Shown here in pieces: positions 50,108 to 59,100 of a stretch of DNA of 64,000 nt. This stretch comes from an uncultured Gammaproteobacteria bacterium (GTDB lineage: Bacteria > Patescibacteriota > Patescibacteriia > UBA11705 > JABHMO01). The notes beneath the pieces are model-generated. The model saw nothing but the letters and a program-made list of their open reading frames with translations. It was not told where the DNA came from and did not search any database. The stretch spans positions 7,133 through 71,132 of the forward strand of contig CAZMEQ010000002.1 of assembly GCA_964565345.1 (NCBI GenBank). Reading direction: 5' to 3'. Every line of letters starts with the position of its first letter. The stretch's first letter is position 1. A program made the translations under genes and the position numbers.

Positions 50108-50704
50108 TTATTTCATGTCAGAAGGGGAGGCGTTGGGATAAAAGGTCATACTATTCAAAATTGTTTTAATATCATCCCAATATTGTTTTTCATGAATTTC
50201 TATTTCCAATATTCTGTCACCTAAATCAAGCGCCACTAAATCAACTAAAACTTCTGGCTTTTCAAAGTTTCTGTTTCTGACATCTTTGAACCAAACACCT
50301 TCAATACCACCCACAAAAACTTTTTCTTGCTGATAATTTCCTAAAAATAAATTCTCAGTTGCTTGTCTGTAAAAATCCTCCAATGTATATTTTGTTTGCC
50401 AATTAGAATGAGCCAAAATGACCAAAGACCCGTAATAAGTTTCATTATTCTTTTGAACCTCTACTCCACGCTCTTCTGGATAAAAGGCCGCTTGCTTACC
50501 GTCCTCACCAGAATCATAAACTAACCAATTGTTTGGAAAACGTAATTCATAACGATAGGCGGGGTTTGTATACAACTTCCAAGAATAAACTTGCCTGGCC
50601 ACCTCCGAACTATTCATAGCAAAGCCACTATTTTCTTTTTTAGTACAAGCAGAAAAAGAAAAAACTAACATCAGAATAACTAAACCAACAAATACTTTTT
50701 TCAT
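50108..50704 (-). CDS. Lipoprotein with PsbP-like domain
   Basis: Lipobox FSAC; WKLYTNPAYRYELRFPNNW; ILNSMTF. Confidence 0.7.
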   Translation of the reverse strand: MKKVFVGLVILMLVFSFSACTKKENSGFAMNSSEVARQVYSWKLYTNPAYRYELRFPNNWLVYDSGEDGKQAAFYPEERGVEVQKNNETYYGSLVILAHSNWQTKYTLEDFYRQATENLFLGNYQQEKVFVGGIEGVWFKDVRNRNFEKPEVLVDLVALDLGDRILEIEIHEKQYWDDIKTILNSMTFYPNASPSDMK

Positions 50705-50705
50705 A

Positions 50706-51584
50706 CTAGTTTAAAATTTGATTAATAATCGACAACAATTCCTCCTCTGAATAAAATTCTATTGCTATTTCCCCCTGCCCGCCCTTTTTACTTATTCTTA
50801 CTTTTGTATTTAGCTTTTCTCTCAACAAGTTTTCTTTTTCTTCAACTTCATAATCCCGCGCTTTTGTTGCCCCTACCCTTCGAGTTCCTTTGGGAGCACG
50901 CGCCTGCTCAGCCTCACGCACGGTAAAATTATATTGCACTATTTTTTTTAAAAAGTCTAGCTGTTCTTTTTCTGATTTTAAACCAGCAATTATTTTAGCA
51001 TGTCCCTCAGATATTTCTTCTCTGGCCAAAGAACGTTGAATCTCGGCTGACAATTCTAAAAAACGTAGAGTATTAGCCAAAGAAGAACGGCTCACACCAA
51101 GCTTTTCAGCGGCTTCTTCTTGCGATAAATTATATTCGTCAATTAACTTTTGATAAGCAATGGCTTTTTCAATAGGATTTAAATTTCGGCGCTGAATATT
51201 TTCAATTAATGCTAATTCTAATTTTTCTTGTTCACCGGCTTCGCGAACGATAACCGGAACAGTGGCTAGACCCAAAATTTTTGAGGCGCGCAAACGTCTT
51301 TCCCCAGCAATTAATTCATATCCTTCGCCTGTTTTTGTCACTACCAAAGGTTGAATAATCCCATGTACTCGTATGGATTCAATTAGAGACTCCAGGTCTT
51401 CGTGATCAAAAACTGTTCGAGGCTGTTGCGGGTTAGCCGAAATTCTATCAACCGGGACTTGAAGTATTTGATTTTTGGTATCATTTAACAAAAACTCTCG
51501 ATGTGGTTCCGAAATAGTATCTTTTAAAACTTTTCTTGGAATTAACGAATCCAGCCCTTTACCGAGACCAGTGATCTTGGCCAT
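50706..51584 (-). CDS. parB: Chromosome partitioning protein ParB
   Basis: GLGKGLDSLI, NPQQPR, IAGERRLRA, LIENIQR, HTH. Confidence 0.96.
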   Translation of the reverse strand: MAKITGLGKGLDSLIPRKVLKDTISEPHREFLLNDTKNQILQVPVDRISANPQQPRTVFDHEDLESLIESIRVHGIIQPLVVTKTGEGYELIAGERRLRASKILGLATVPVIVREAGEQEKLELALIENIQRRNLNPIEKAIAYQKLIDEYNLSQEEAAEKLGVSRSSLANTLRFLELSAEIQRSLAREEISEGHAKIIAGLKSEKEQLDFLKKIVQYNFTVREAEQARAPKGTRRVGATKARDYEVEEKENLLREKLNTKVRISKKGGQGEIAIEFYSEEELLSIINQILN

Positions 51585-51600
51585 AACTATATTTTTATTT

Positions 51601-52362
51601 TTATAATATTTCTAACAATTCGCGCGCTAATTTTTCATAAGCTTTTGCCCCCTTAGAAGCTGGGTCATAATGCAAAATAGATTTGCCATGACTGGGAGCT
51701 TCTGTTAGGCGCACGTTACGCGGAATAACAGTTCTAAAAATTTTATCAGGAAAATGTTTATAGAGTTCTTGCAACACCTGATCAGACAAACGCAACCGTT
51801 TATCGTACATGGTAATCAAAGCTCCTAAAATTTCTAATTCTGGTTTGATGTTTTCTTGTATTAAAGAAATAGTATTCATCAATTGTCCCAAACCCTCTAA
51901 TGCATAATATTCAGCTTGTACCGGAATTAAAACCATATCAGCCGCAACCAAGCCATTAACAGTTAGTAATCCCAAAGACGGCGGGCAATCAATAATAATA
52001 ACATCATAATCACCTCTTACTTCTAATAAAGTATCGTACAAACGAAATTCACGTCTATCAAGACCCACTAATTCAACCGTTGCTCCGGCTAAGCCCGGTG
52101 TGGCGGGTGCAATACGAAAACCAACATGGCCTGTTGGTTGAAGAACCTCTCGCATTAAACAAGAACCGGACAAGGCTTCATAAATACCCTTAGAAATGTT
52201 TTGATAATCCAAGCCCAAACCAGAACTCGCATTAGCCTGCGGATCCAAATCAACCAATAAGACATATTTACCAAGATGCGCCAAATAAGCGGCCAAATTA
52301 ACGGCTGTAGTTGTTTTTCCTACTCCGCCCTTCTGATTAACAACAGTTATTATCTTAGCCAT
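51601..52362 (-). CDS. parA: ParA/Soj ATPase
   Basis: NQKGGVGKTTT, DLDPQAN, DCPPSLG, IPRNVRLTEAPS. Confidence 0.96.
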   Translation of the reverse strand: MAKIITVVNQKGGVGKTTTAVNLAAYLAHLGKYVLLVDLDPQANASSGLGLDYQNISKGIYEALSGSCLMREVLQPTGHVGFRIAPATPGLAGATVELVGLDRREFRLYDTLLEVRGDYDVIIIDCPPSLGLLTVNGLVAADMVLIPVQAEYYALEGLGQLMNTISLIQENIKPELEILGALITMYDKRLRLSDQVLQELYKHFPDKIFRTVIPRNVRLTEAPSHGKSILHYDPASKGAKAYEKLARELLEIL

Positions 52363-52405
52363 AAAAATTTAAATTCTTAGTAAATTATACTATAAACGAA
52401 GTCCT

Positions 52406-52434
52406 TTGACAACTTAAAATTTTTGCTTTATAAT
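52406..52434 (+). promoter_or_regulatory. Consensus sigma70 promoter for tRNA-Leu
   Basis: TTGACA-N17-TATAAT. Confidence 0.8.
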
Positions 52435-52474
52435 GGCCCATAGTTCTGTTAATTTAAGGAAAATATCAGGTGAC

Positions 52475-52559
52475 GGGCGAGTGGCGAAGTTGGTAGACGC
52501 GCACGACTCAAAATCGTGTGGGGAAACTCATGAGAGTTCGACTCTCTCCTCGCCCACCA
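52475..52559 (+). tRNA. tRNA-Leu(CAA)
   Basis: GGGCGAG/CTCGCCC acceptor, anticodon loop CT-CAA-AA, long variable arm, GTTCGA, encoded CCA. Confidence 0.95.
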
Positions 52560-52621
52560 TCTGGTATTTTTTCTTTTAAAAAAATAGCGACCGCAGGAGT
52601 GTTCCTTTGGTCGCACATGAG

Positions 52622-53488
52622 TCAGGCCTGACGCACGGGCTTCCACTTGCCCGTGAGGTTCGTCCTTTCCCAGAGACGGATGTACTGTTCCGTCTTCTCG
52701 GATCGGATGCTCTGCTTCAGCAGGTTCTGCGCCTCGACAAGCTCGGGGAAGACCGACCGATCCAGATCCAGCCGCAAGAACCGATACAGATCCGGACCGA
52801 CCTTGAAGGCCGTACGCTGTACCAGAAGCTGGTCAGTCAGCTCGAAGAGCATGTTGGTCGTGGCATCCGTGATGGTGGGATCAGGGCGCACCCGCGCCTT
52901 GAACGCCTCGATGAGCTCGAGCGCGCGCTCGGCCAGGGTCCGATCCACGATGGTGATCGTGTTCACCCGGGCCATGACCCGCTTCAGTCCGTCGGTGCTG
53001 GTGAAGGTCACCTGCGAACGCAGGTTGCCCTTGGCATCTAGCAGATGCGAGAAGACGTGGGCCGTCACGTAGCCCTCGCGCGCGATGCTGGCCAGGACTA
53101 CTGCGCTGTTCAGCGCAAAGACCTGGGTCACCACTTCGTCCGTGGCCTGGCAACGTGCCCGCTCTTCGGCCATGACACGATCGAGCTCGCGCTGCTTCTG
53201 CGCCAGTTCTTCCTGTGCCGCACGCACGGCGTCACGTGCCTCGTCACGCTTCCTGGTCAATTCGCGCGATTTGTCCCGAAAGGCCTTAATGATGCCCTTT
53301 AGACCGGCTTCACGCTTGGTGCCATGTCGCACCAGATCGGCCAGAGCTTCCGAAGCATCGACGTACTGATGGTGCAACCTAGTCCAGGCTGCACGGGCCT
53401 TGGCCTCCGTCTTCTCCAAGACCTCGAGCTTTTTCTCGAGTGCTTTGACAGCGGACTGCAAGGTCCCAATAACTGTTTTGTGTCCCAT
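52622..53488 (-). CDS. Hypothetical protein with N-terminal coiled coil (GC-rich)
   Basis: 288-aa ORF; AAGGAGG SD; own promoter; hairpin 52587-52614 with U-run. Confidence 0.7.
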   Translation of the reverse strand: MGHKTVIGTLQSAVKALEKKLEVLEKTEAKARAAWTRLHHQYVDASEALADLVRHGTKREAGLKGIIKAFRDKSRELTRKRDEARDAVRAAQEELAQKQRELDRVMAEERARCQATDEVVTQVFALNSAVVLASIAREGYVTAHVFSHLLDAKGNLRSQVTFTSTDGLKRVMARVNTITIVDRTLAERALELIEAFKARVRPDPTITDATTNMLFELTDQLLVQRTAFKVGPDLYRFLRLDLDRSVFPELVEAQNLLKQSIRSEKTEQYIRLWERTNLTGKWKPVRQA

Positions 53489-53530
53489 GAAAACCTCCTT
53501 CAGGGAACTGCTCTCTTACTAGAACTTAAT

Positions 53531-53559
53531 ATAATAGCCAATAACCTGTTGTCCGTCAA
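53531..53559 (-). promoter_or_regulatory. Sigma70 promoter of GC-rich islet 2
   Basis: TTGACG-N17-TATTAT. Confidence 0.6.
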
Positions 53560-53623
53560 TTGCAAGGCTTGCAGAAATTGTAATTTTAGCCTATAATGAA
53601 GTCACGATCGATTGCCACATTAA

Positions 53624-53699
53624 CGCGGGATAGAGCAGTTGGCAGCTCGCCAGGCCCATAACCTGGAGGTCGCAGGTTCGAGTCCTGCTCCCGCTACCA
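53624..53699 (+). tRNA. Initiator tRNA-fMet(CAT)
   Basis: CGCGGGA start with unpaired C1/U72, anticodon CAT, encoded CCA. Confidence 0.9.
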
Positions 53700-53724
53700 A
53701 ATTTAAAAAGTTTATATATACCGC

Positions 53725-53801
53725 ACCAGGGTAGCTCAGATGGTTAGAGCGAGGGAATCATAACCCCTAGGTCGGCGGTTCGATTCCGCCCCCTGGTACC
53801 A
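53725..53801 (+). tRNA. tRNA(CAT), probably elongator Met (Ile2 not excluded)
   Basis: ACCAGGG/CCCTGGT acceptor, TAGCTCAG D-arm, AT-CAT-AA loop, encoded CCA. Confidence 0.85.
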
Positions 53802-53881
53802 TTCTTCGCACAGCGAAGAATGCCCTGCGTAGCGTGCAAAGCGAAGCATGGGCTGTGCTTCGAATGGCAAGCCATAATACT

Positions 53882-54835
53882 ATGCGTTTTATTTTCGACT
53901 TTGTTATAGTTTTGGTCTTATTACTTAGTGCTTATTGGATGTATGTTATCATACGTTCTTTTTTTATACCTGAAAACAAAAAAGTCAAAACGAAAATATT
54001 TCGCATTGTTTTGGCTATTTGTTTAGGTATAATAGCGGTTGTTATCTTTTATGGCAGCTTCATTGAACCAAGAAGAATAAAGGTTAAAACAATTGAAATT
54101 AACATTGGTAAAACAGCATCAGAAGAAAAACTAACCATCGTTTTTTTAAGCGATCTCCATGTAGGCCCGTACAAAAAAGATGACTATGTAAAAAAAATCA
54201 TTAAAAACATAGAACGAATTAACCCTGACTTAATTTTCTTGGGTGGAGATATGCTCTTTGGCAAAGAACATGAAGCAAAATATTTATATCCTTTTAAATC
54301 TTTAGCTCATGAGTATAAAATCTATGCCATTACTGGTAATCATGAATACAATGCTGGTAAATATGGGGATCCAAAACGGCTTGATCAAACAAGATTATTA
54401 CGCCAAAATTTTAATGACTGGGGCATTACTTTATTAGACAATCTAACCATTGAGTATGACCATAAGGGTGAGAAAATAACCATTAGCGGAATCGAAGATA
54501 TTTGGACCGGCAAAGCAGACCTTAAAAAAGTAAGATCCAATATTGATGCACAAAAAACTAATCTCTTATTGGCTCATAACCCAGACGTTATTCTGGACAA
54601 GGATCATGATGGCTTTGATTTAATTCTTTCTGGTCACACACACGCGGGACAAATACGTTTACCTTGGATTGGAGCGCTTATGGGAGTCCCCACTATTCTG
54701 GGACGGAATTACGATCACGGACTTTTCAAGTTTGACGAGAATTACTTATATATTTCCGCTGGTTTAGGAGAATCTGGCACCAGAGCGCGCCTCTTTAATC
54801 CGCCAGAACTGACAATAATAAAAATAGATCCATAA
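53882..54835 (+). CDS. Membrane-anchored metallophosphoesterase (YkuE-like)
   Basis: SDLH, GGD, GNHE, LAHNPD, SGHTHAGQ; start refined to ATG 53882. Confidence 0.92.
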   Translation: MRFIFDFVIVLVLLLSAYWMYVIIRSFFIPENKKVKTKIFRIVLAICLGIIAVVIFYGSFIEPRRIKVKTIEINIGKTASEEKLTIVFLSDLHVGPYKKDDYVKKIIKNIERINPDLIFLGGDMLFGKEHEAKYLYPFKSLAHEYKIYAITGNHEYNAGKYGDPKRLDQTRLLRQNFNDWGITLLDNLTIEYDHKGEKITISGIEDIWTGKADLKKVRSNIDAQKTNLLLAHNPDVILDKDHDGFDLILSGHTHAGQIRLPWIGALMGVPTILGRNYDHGLFKFDENYLYISAGLGESGTRARLFNPPELTIIKIDP

Positions 54836-54864
54836 ATAAATCCGCCTCAAGGGCGGATTTATTT
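54834..54864. terminator. Bidirectional hairpin between convergent genes
   Basis: aaataaatccgcc tcaag ggcggatttattt. Confidence 0.75.
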
Positions 54865-56001
54865 TAGTAAGATTTGAAATTTTTTTATTGTTGTTTCCCA
54901 TTTAAACTGCTCAGAGCGAGCTTCACCCTTTTGCACCAAGCCCTGCCGGACAAGCTTGTCTTGTAAAATAGTTTTTAACGCTGACTTAATCTCGCCAGGA
55001 TCTTCAGGATCAACCAAAATAGCTTCCCCTGTCCCAGCGATCTCTTTTAAAGATGAGTTATTTCCTGTAATCACAGGAACTCGCAAAGCCATCGCCTCTA
55101 ATATAGGAAAACCGAAGCCTTCATAGCGCGAAGGAAAAACAAAAACACTAGAATTTTTTAACAGAATATTGCGTTCGCGATTACTAACCTTACCAATATA
55201 TTTTATTTGGGCTTGAGTAAAACGCTGATTCGATTCATTTAAAAATTTAAATATCGGTTGGAACTTCCAACCTTTTATTCCAGCCAATACTAGCGAAACT
55301 TTACTCTCTTCATTCTCAAAAAGATAATTTGTGAAGGCTTTAATTAAATTTTTAATATTCTTTCTCGGTTCTATGGTTCCCAAATATAACACGTAATTGG
55401 TAAGAATATTAAACTTCTCTAAAACCTTCTTATTTTCATCTTCAATATAATTTTCCTTTACTATAACGCCAGGATATATTACTCTAATTTTCTCTGGATC
55501 TACCTTAAACAAAGAAATTAAATCATCTTTTGTGTTATGGGATATGGCGACAACTGTTTTTGCCTTCTTTAAACTTAGAGGGACTAAAATTTTAGTTGAA
55601 AACCACTGTCTTTCCGGAAACCACTCTGGATGCAAATAGATCGCTAAATCATGAACAACCAATATCGATTTTTTAAAATAAAACAAAGGCATAACATTAG
55701 CCGGGAAGATAGCCAAGTCCAATTTAGCTGTATTTAGTAACATGCTAAAACGAATATGATTCTCCAATAACGGAATTTTCGAGCTAGAACGAAACAACTT
55801 AACAATTTTTACTCGATCATTCCCAGCACGAACCTTGTGTATAGTTTCAGGGCTCATGTCGCTATGAAAAAACAGAACAAATTCATTGCTTTCGTCGAGT
55901 TTTAAAAGTGTTTTCACAAAATGATAAACATAACGTTCGACTCCAGCGCCGATATTCGCATGAACGTCATAAAAATTTCGGCAATCAATACCTATCCGCA
56001 T
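54859..56001 (-). CDS. Glycosyltransferase family 4
   Basis: GTIEPRKN, FPSRYEGFGFPILEAMA. Confidence 0.93.
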   Translation of the reverse strand: MRIGIDCRNFYDVHANIGAGVERYVYHFVKTLLKLDESNEFVLFFHSDMSPETIHKVRAGNDRVKIVKLFRSSSKIPLLENHIRFSMLLNTAKLDLAIFPANVMPLFYFKKSILVVHDLAIYLHPEWFPERQWFSTKILVPLSLKKAKTVVAISHNTKDDLISLFKVDPEKIRVIYPGVIVKENYIEDENKKVLEKFNILTNYVLYLGTIEPRKNIKNLIKAFTNYLFENEESKVSLVLAGIKGWKFQPIFKFLNESNQRFTQAQIKYIGKVSNRERNILLKNSSVFVFPSRYEGFGFPILEAMALRVPVITGNNSSLKEIAGTGEAILVDPEDPGEIKSALKTILQDKLVRQGLVQKGEARSEQFKWETTIKKFQILLK

Positions 56002-56007
56002 ATTTCG

Positions 56008-56910
56008 TTAATTTTCCCATTCATAATTATTAAAAACCCAATCTGCAATAACTTTGACATCTTGGAAACGAGCCTCTATATCGCTACTATTAAGTACAGT
56101 GATCAAAACTGGATGATTATTACTAGTAATTTGCACTGTTAGACAATAACCAGCTTCTGGAATGTACCCTGTTTTGCCTCCAAACAATGTATAACCATAC
56201 TTAGGCTGATTTAAAAAACTATCTAACAGAATATCAGTGCTAGTAACCGTCCTTTTTTTAGCACTGTTTATTATTTCAAACGAATACTTTTTCTTTGTCA
56301 CTGTTTCCTGAATCTTTTTTTGATTTAAAGCAGCATATAGTAGCCGAGAAACATCTAATGCAGTCGAGTAATTTTCCGTTGCCAGGCCAGTTGGGTCAGC
56401 AAACTTTGTATTATACATCTGCAAGGCCCGTGCTTTTTCATTCATTTTTTTAACAAACTCATCCTGTGAAAACCCTAAAGCCCGAACCATGGCCATAATA
56501 GAATTATTATCTGAACTTATTAAGGCTGCATGCCACAAATCAGCGAAAGTGACTTTTTCACCTCTATAAATATGTGCAAAAGCACCCTCCGTTTCATCGC
56601 TAGCAGTCATTTCTACTACCTTGTCCCAATTTGTCACTTCATCCAAAACAACTAGTGCCGTCATTAACTTGGTTATGCTAGCAATTGGTTGCACAGAATC
56701 AACATTTTTTTGAATTAATATTTTCCCGCTCGCGACATCCAGAGCAACATATTTTTCAGCACTGATTTCTACACCCACATTTTCCGGGTTAATTCTTTTC
56801 GGTGGACTTGCCTCAACTGCTTTAGCCACATGGAAAAAATCACGATCAGCAGGATAAGCACTGCTGAACGGATTTAAAAATAGTAGAACCAGTAAAATAT
56901 TAATTAGCAT
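56008..56910 (-). CDS. D-Ala-D-Ala carboxypeptidase/endopeptidase (S11)
   Basis: SITK, SDN and KTG motifs. Confidence 0.92.
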   Translation of the reverse strand: MLINILLVLLFLNPFSSAYPADRDFFHVAKAVEASPPKRINPENVGVEISAEKYVALDVASGKILIQKNVDSVQPIASITKLMTALVVLDEVTNWDKVVEMTASDETEGAFAHIYRGEKVTFADLWHAALISSDNNSIMAMVRALGFSQDEFVKKMNEKARALQMYNTKFADPTGLATENYSTALDVSRLLYAALNQKKIQETVTKKKYSFEIINSAKKRTVTSTDILLDSFLNQPKYGYTLFGGKTGYIPEAGYCLTVQITSNNHPVLITVLNSSDIEARFQDVKVIADWVFNNYEWEN

Positions 56911-57466
56911 TTGTTTTTTCGGCTTGCACTAAATAGTTTTCTAAATTTTCAACTTGATGTAGTCGTTCATAATCAGGCAATTCTGTAACAGAGTTAATTC
57001 CCAGATACTTCAAAAACTCAACTGTTGGTTCATAAACCACGCGCATCTTCTCTTTTTCTTCGGTTACATTGATAAGACCGCGGATCAATAAATTCCGAAT
57101 AATTAGACTACAATTTACCCCGCGAATTTGCTCCAGCTCTGTTTTTGTAATAGGACCGCGATACGCAATAACTGTCAGAGCCTCTAATGAAGCCGGCGTT
57201 AACTCGCCTGTTAAATCTTCTTTTAAAAACTGTTTAACCAAACCACTGGCTTCTTGATTACTGACAAATTGCACCGAATCCGCTGCCTGAATCAATTGGA
57301 GTCCGCTTTCTGGATTGTTATATTTTAATTTTAATTCTTCGATGACACTTAAAACTTCATCCGAAGTTGTTTTTTCGCCTTGTTTGTTGAGGAAACTTAC
57401 CAAACTCCCTATTGTCATAGGCTTGGGTGACACAAAGAGCAAAGATTCTACTTTTGTTTTAAGCAT
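56900..57466 (-). CDS. scpB: SMC-Scp subunit ScpB
   Basis: ESLLF, LEALTVIAYRGPITKTELEQIRGV, FLKYLGINSVTELP. Confidence 0.95.
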   Translation of the reverse strand: MLKTKVESLLFVSPKPMTIGSLVSFLNKQGEKTTSDEVLSVIEELKLKYNNPESGLQLIQAADSVQFVSNQEASGLVKQFLKEDLTGELTPASLEALTVIAYRGPITKTELEQIRGVNCSLIIRNLLIRGLINVTEEKEKMRVVYEPTVEFLKYLGINSVTELPDYERLHQVENLENYLVQAEKTNAN

Positions 57467-57468
57467 AT

Positions 57469-58161
57469 CTATATTTTTTCGATAATAATATCATTAAAAG
57501 TCCCCTGTTGCTTAACTTTTAAATGGCGCTGTTTCAGTAATTCCAAGATTGCCAAAAAATTAATAATTATTTCTGTTCTATTTTGCGCATTACTGATTAG
57601 ATGCTGAAAATTTACATTCTTTTTTGCGGAGATAAAATCTTTAAGCTCTAATATTTTCTGTTGAAGGCTAATCGTTTTTTCCATCATCTGCTTTGGCAGC
57701 TTAACTAATGGATCCAACCTTTTGAGCACTACCAAGAATGAATTCTTTAATGTCTCTAAATTAGCGTTAGGCGGCGGGGAAAATTCAATTTCTGTTTTAG
57801 CCGGTGGGCGAGTACGTGCAAATGAAAAATGTTCTGCTTTAAGCATGGCTTCAATCTTTTTTGAGGCCTCCAGAAAATCCTTATACAACTTCAATTGAGA
57901 CTCTAAACTTTCCTCCTCTACCTCAGTCTCTAGATAAGGCAATAAAGCTCGAGATTTTAACAAGAGCAAACGACCGGCTACAACCAAAAAATCAGCTAAA
58001 TCATCCGGCTCTAACTCGGTTAGCTGATTTAGGTGCTCAATGTACTGTTCAGTAACTTGAGCCAAAGAAATTTCGGTAATGTTCAAATCTTCCTTTTCTA
58101 TTAGCTGTAATAATAGGTCCAAGGGCCCGTTAAATTTTTCTGATTTTACTTCGTACGACAT
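57469..58161 (-). CDS. scpA: SMC-Scp subunit ScpA
   Basis: FNGPLDLLLQLI, LKSRALLP, FLAILEL. Confidence 0.95.
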   Translation of the reverse strand: MSYEVKSEKFNGPLDLLLQLIEKEDLNITEISLAQVTEQYIEHLNQLTELEPDDLADFLVVAGRLLLLKSRALLPYLETEVEEESLESQLKLYKDFLEASKKIEAMLKAEHFSFARTRPPAKTEIEFSPPPNANLETLKNSFLVVLKRLDPLVKLPKQMMEKTISLQQKILELKDFISAKKNVNFQHLISNAQNRTEIIINFLAILELLKQRHLKVKQQGTFNDIIIEKI

Positions 58162-58775
58162 TTTATTAAAAATTCTTTTATTTTTTGTTTGGATTCAACC
58201 ATTTGCTTCTTGAGTTTTTCTGGTGTTTCGTTGTAAAAAGTATAAACGAAAGGCAAATTAATGTTTTTATGTAAGGGTTTTCGTTTAAAATAATTTTCGA
58301 TGGCTTCCGGACCACGGTACTTTCTTTTTTTATTATCTACTGCGAGCCTCGCCAAAATAATTTTCTCTGACACCTCTATTTTTATCCAAACCAGTGGAAT
58401 TCTGTACTTTTTACTTTTGGCTAACAACCCTTTAATAATTTCCGGCCGTGCGCAGTCAGCGTCAATGGCCACGCCGATTTTTTGCTTTATTAATCTACTA
58501 ATGACGGTTTCCATTACTTCGGCTGCCAGCTCAGTATTATAACCAAGCTTATTCAAATATGCACGCATCTCATCTGCGGAACCTCTAACTAAACCAAAAT
58601 GACGTGCTAGTTTCTTGACAATTGTGGTTTTTCCAGAACCGATTAAACCAATAGGGCAAATTAAACAATAATTCTTTGTTGGACGATCAAGTTTTTTCAA
58701 CTGAATAAAGCTCTTGGCTACTTGTTCAAATTTACTCGCAGACAACTTCTCGTCTTGTTTTTTAAATTGAGCCAT
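58146..58775 (-). CDS. P-loop kinase (AAA_33-like)
   Basis: GLIGSGKTT, VAIDA. Confidence 0.75.
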   Translation of the reverse strand: MAQFKKQDEKLSASKFEQVAKSFIQLKKLDRPTKNYCLICPIGLIGSGKTTIVKKLARHFGLVRGSADEMRAYLNKLGYNTELAAEVMETVISRLIKQKIGVAIDADCARPEIIKGLLAKSKKYRIPLVWIKIEVSEKIILARLAVDNKKRKYRGPEAIENYFKRKPLHKNINLPFVYTFYNETPEKLKKQMVESKQKIKEFLIKCRTK

Positions 58776-58776
58776 A

Positions 58777-59073
58777 TTATTTAATCGGAAGCTTCAATTG
58801 TTCGCCCACTAATTTTTTTGTTATTTTTAAACCCTTATCGGTTAATTTTATTTCGGTGATAAACCACTTATGCGGAGTTCTTAGCCCATAACCAACCAAG
58901 AATTCACGATCAATGAGGCTCTCGATGCTTTGAGTAATAATCTTCGCTCGCAATTCTTTTTTTGATTTGGCATCTTGCTGATAAAAATCTAAAAGTTCCT
59001 CCCTATCAAGCCGATATCCTTTGACATTAAAGCACTGTCGCAAGATATATTTTTGTAAATTGGAGAGCCTCAT
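58777..59073 (-). CDS. Small basic hypothetical protein, winged-helix-like
   Basis: SIESLIDREFLVG...IKLTDKG; start refined to ATG 59073. Confidence 0.6.
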   Translation of the reverse strand: MRLSNLQKYILRQCFNVKGYRLDREELLDFYQQDAKSKKELRAKIITQSIESLIDREFLVGYGLRTPHKWFITEIKLTDKGLKITKKLVGEQLKLPIK

Positions 59074-59100
59074 AATCGTCAAATTATGAAGACTATATTT

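Noticed and set aside
50706-52440. Replication origin or parS near parAB
   Set aside because: No TGTTTCACGTGAAACA-like palindrome, DnaA-box cluster or dnaA gene found by eye, and no evident skew switch.
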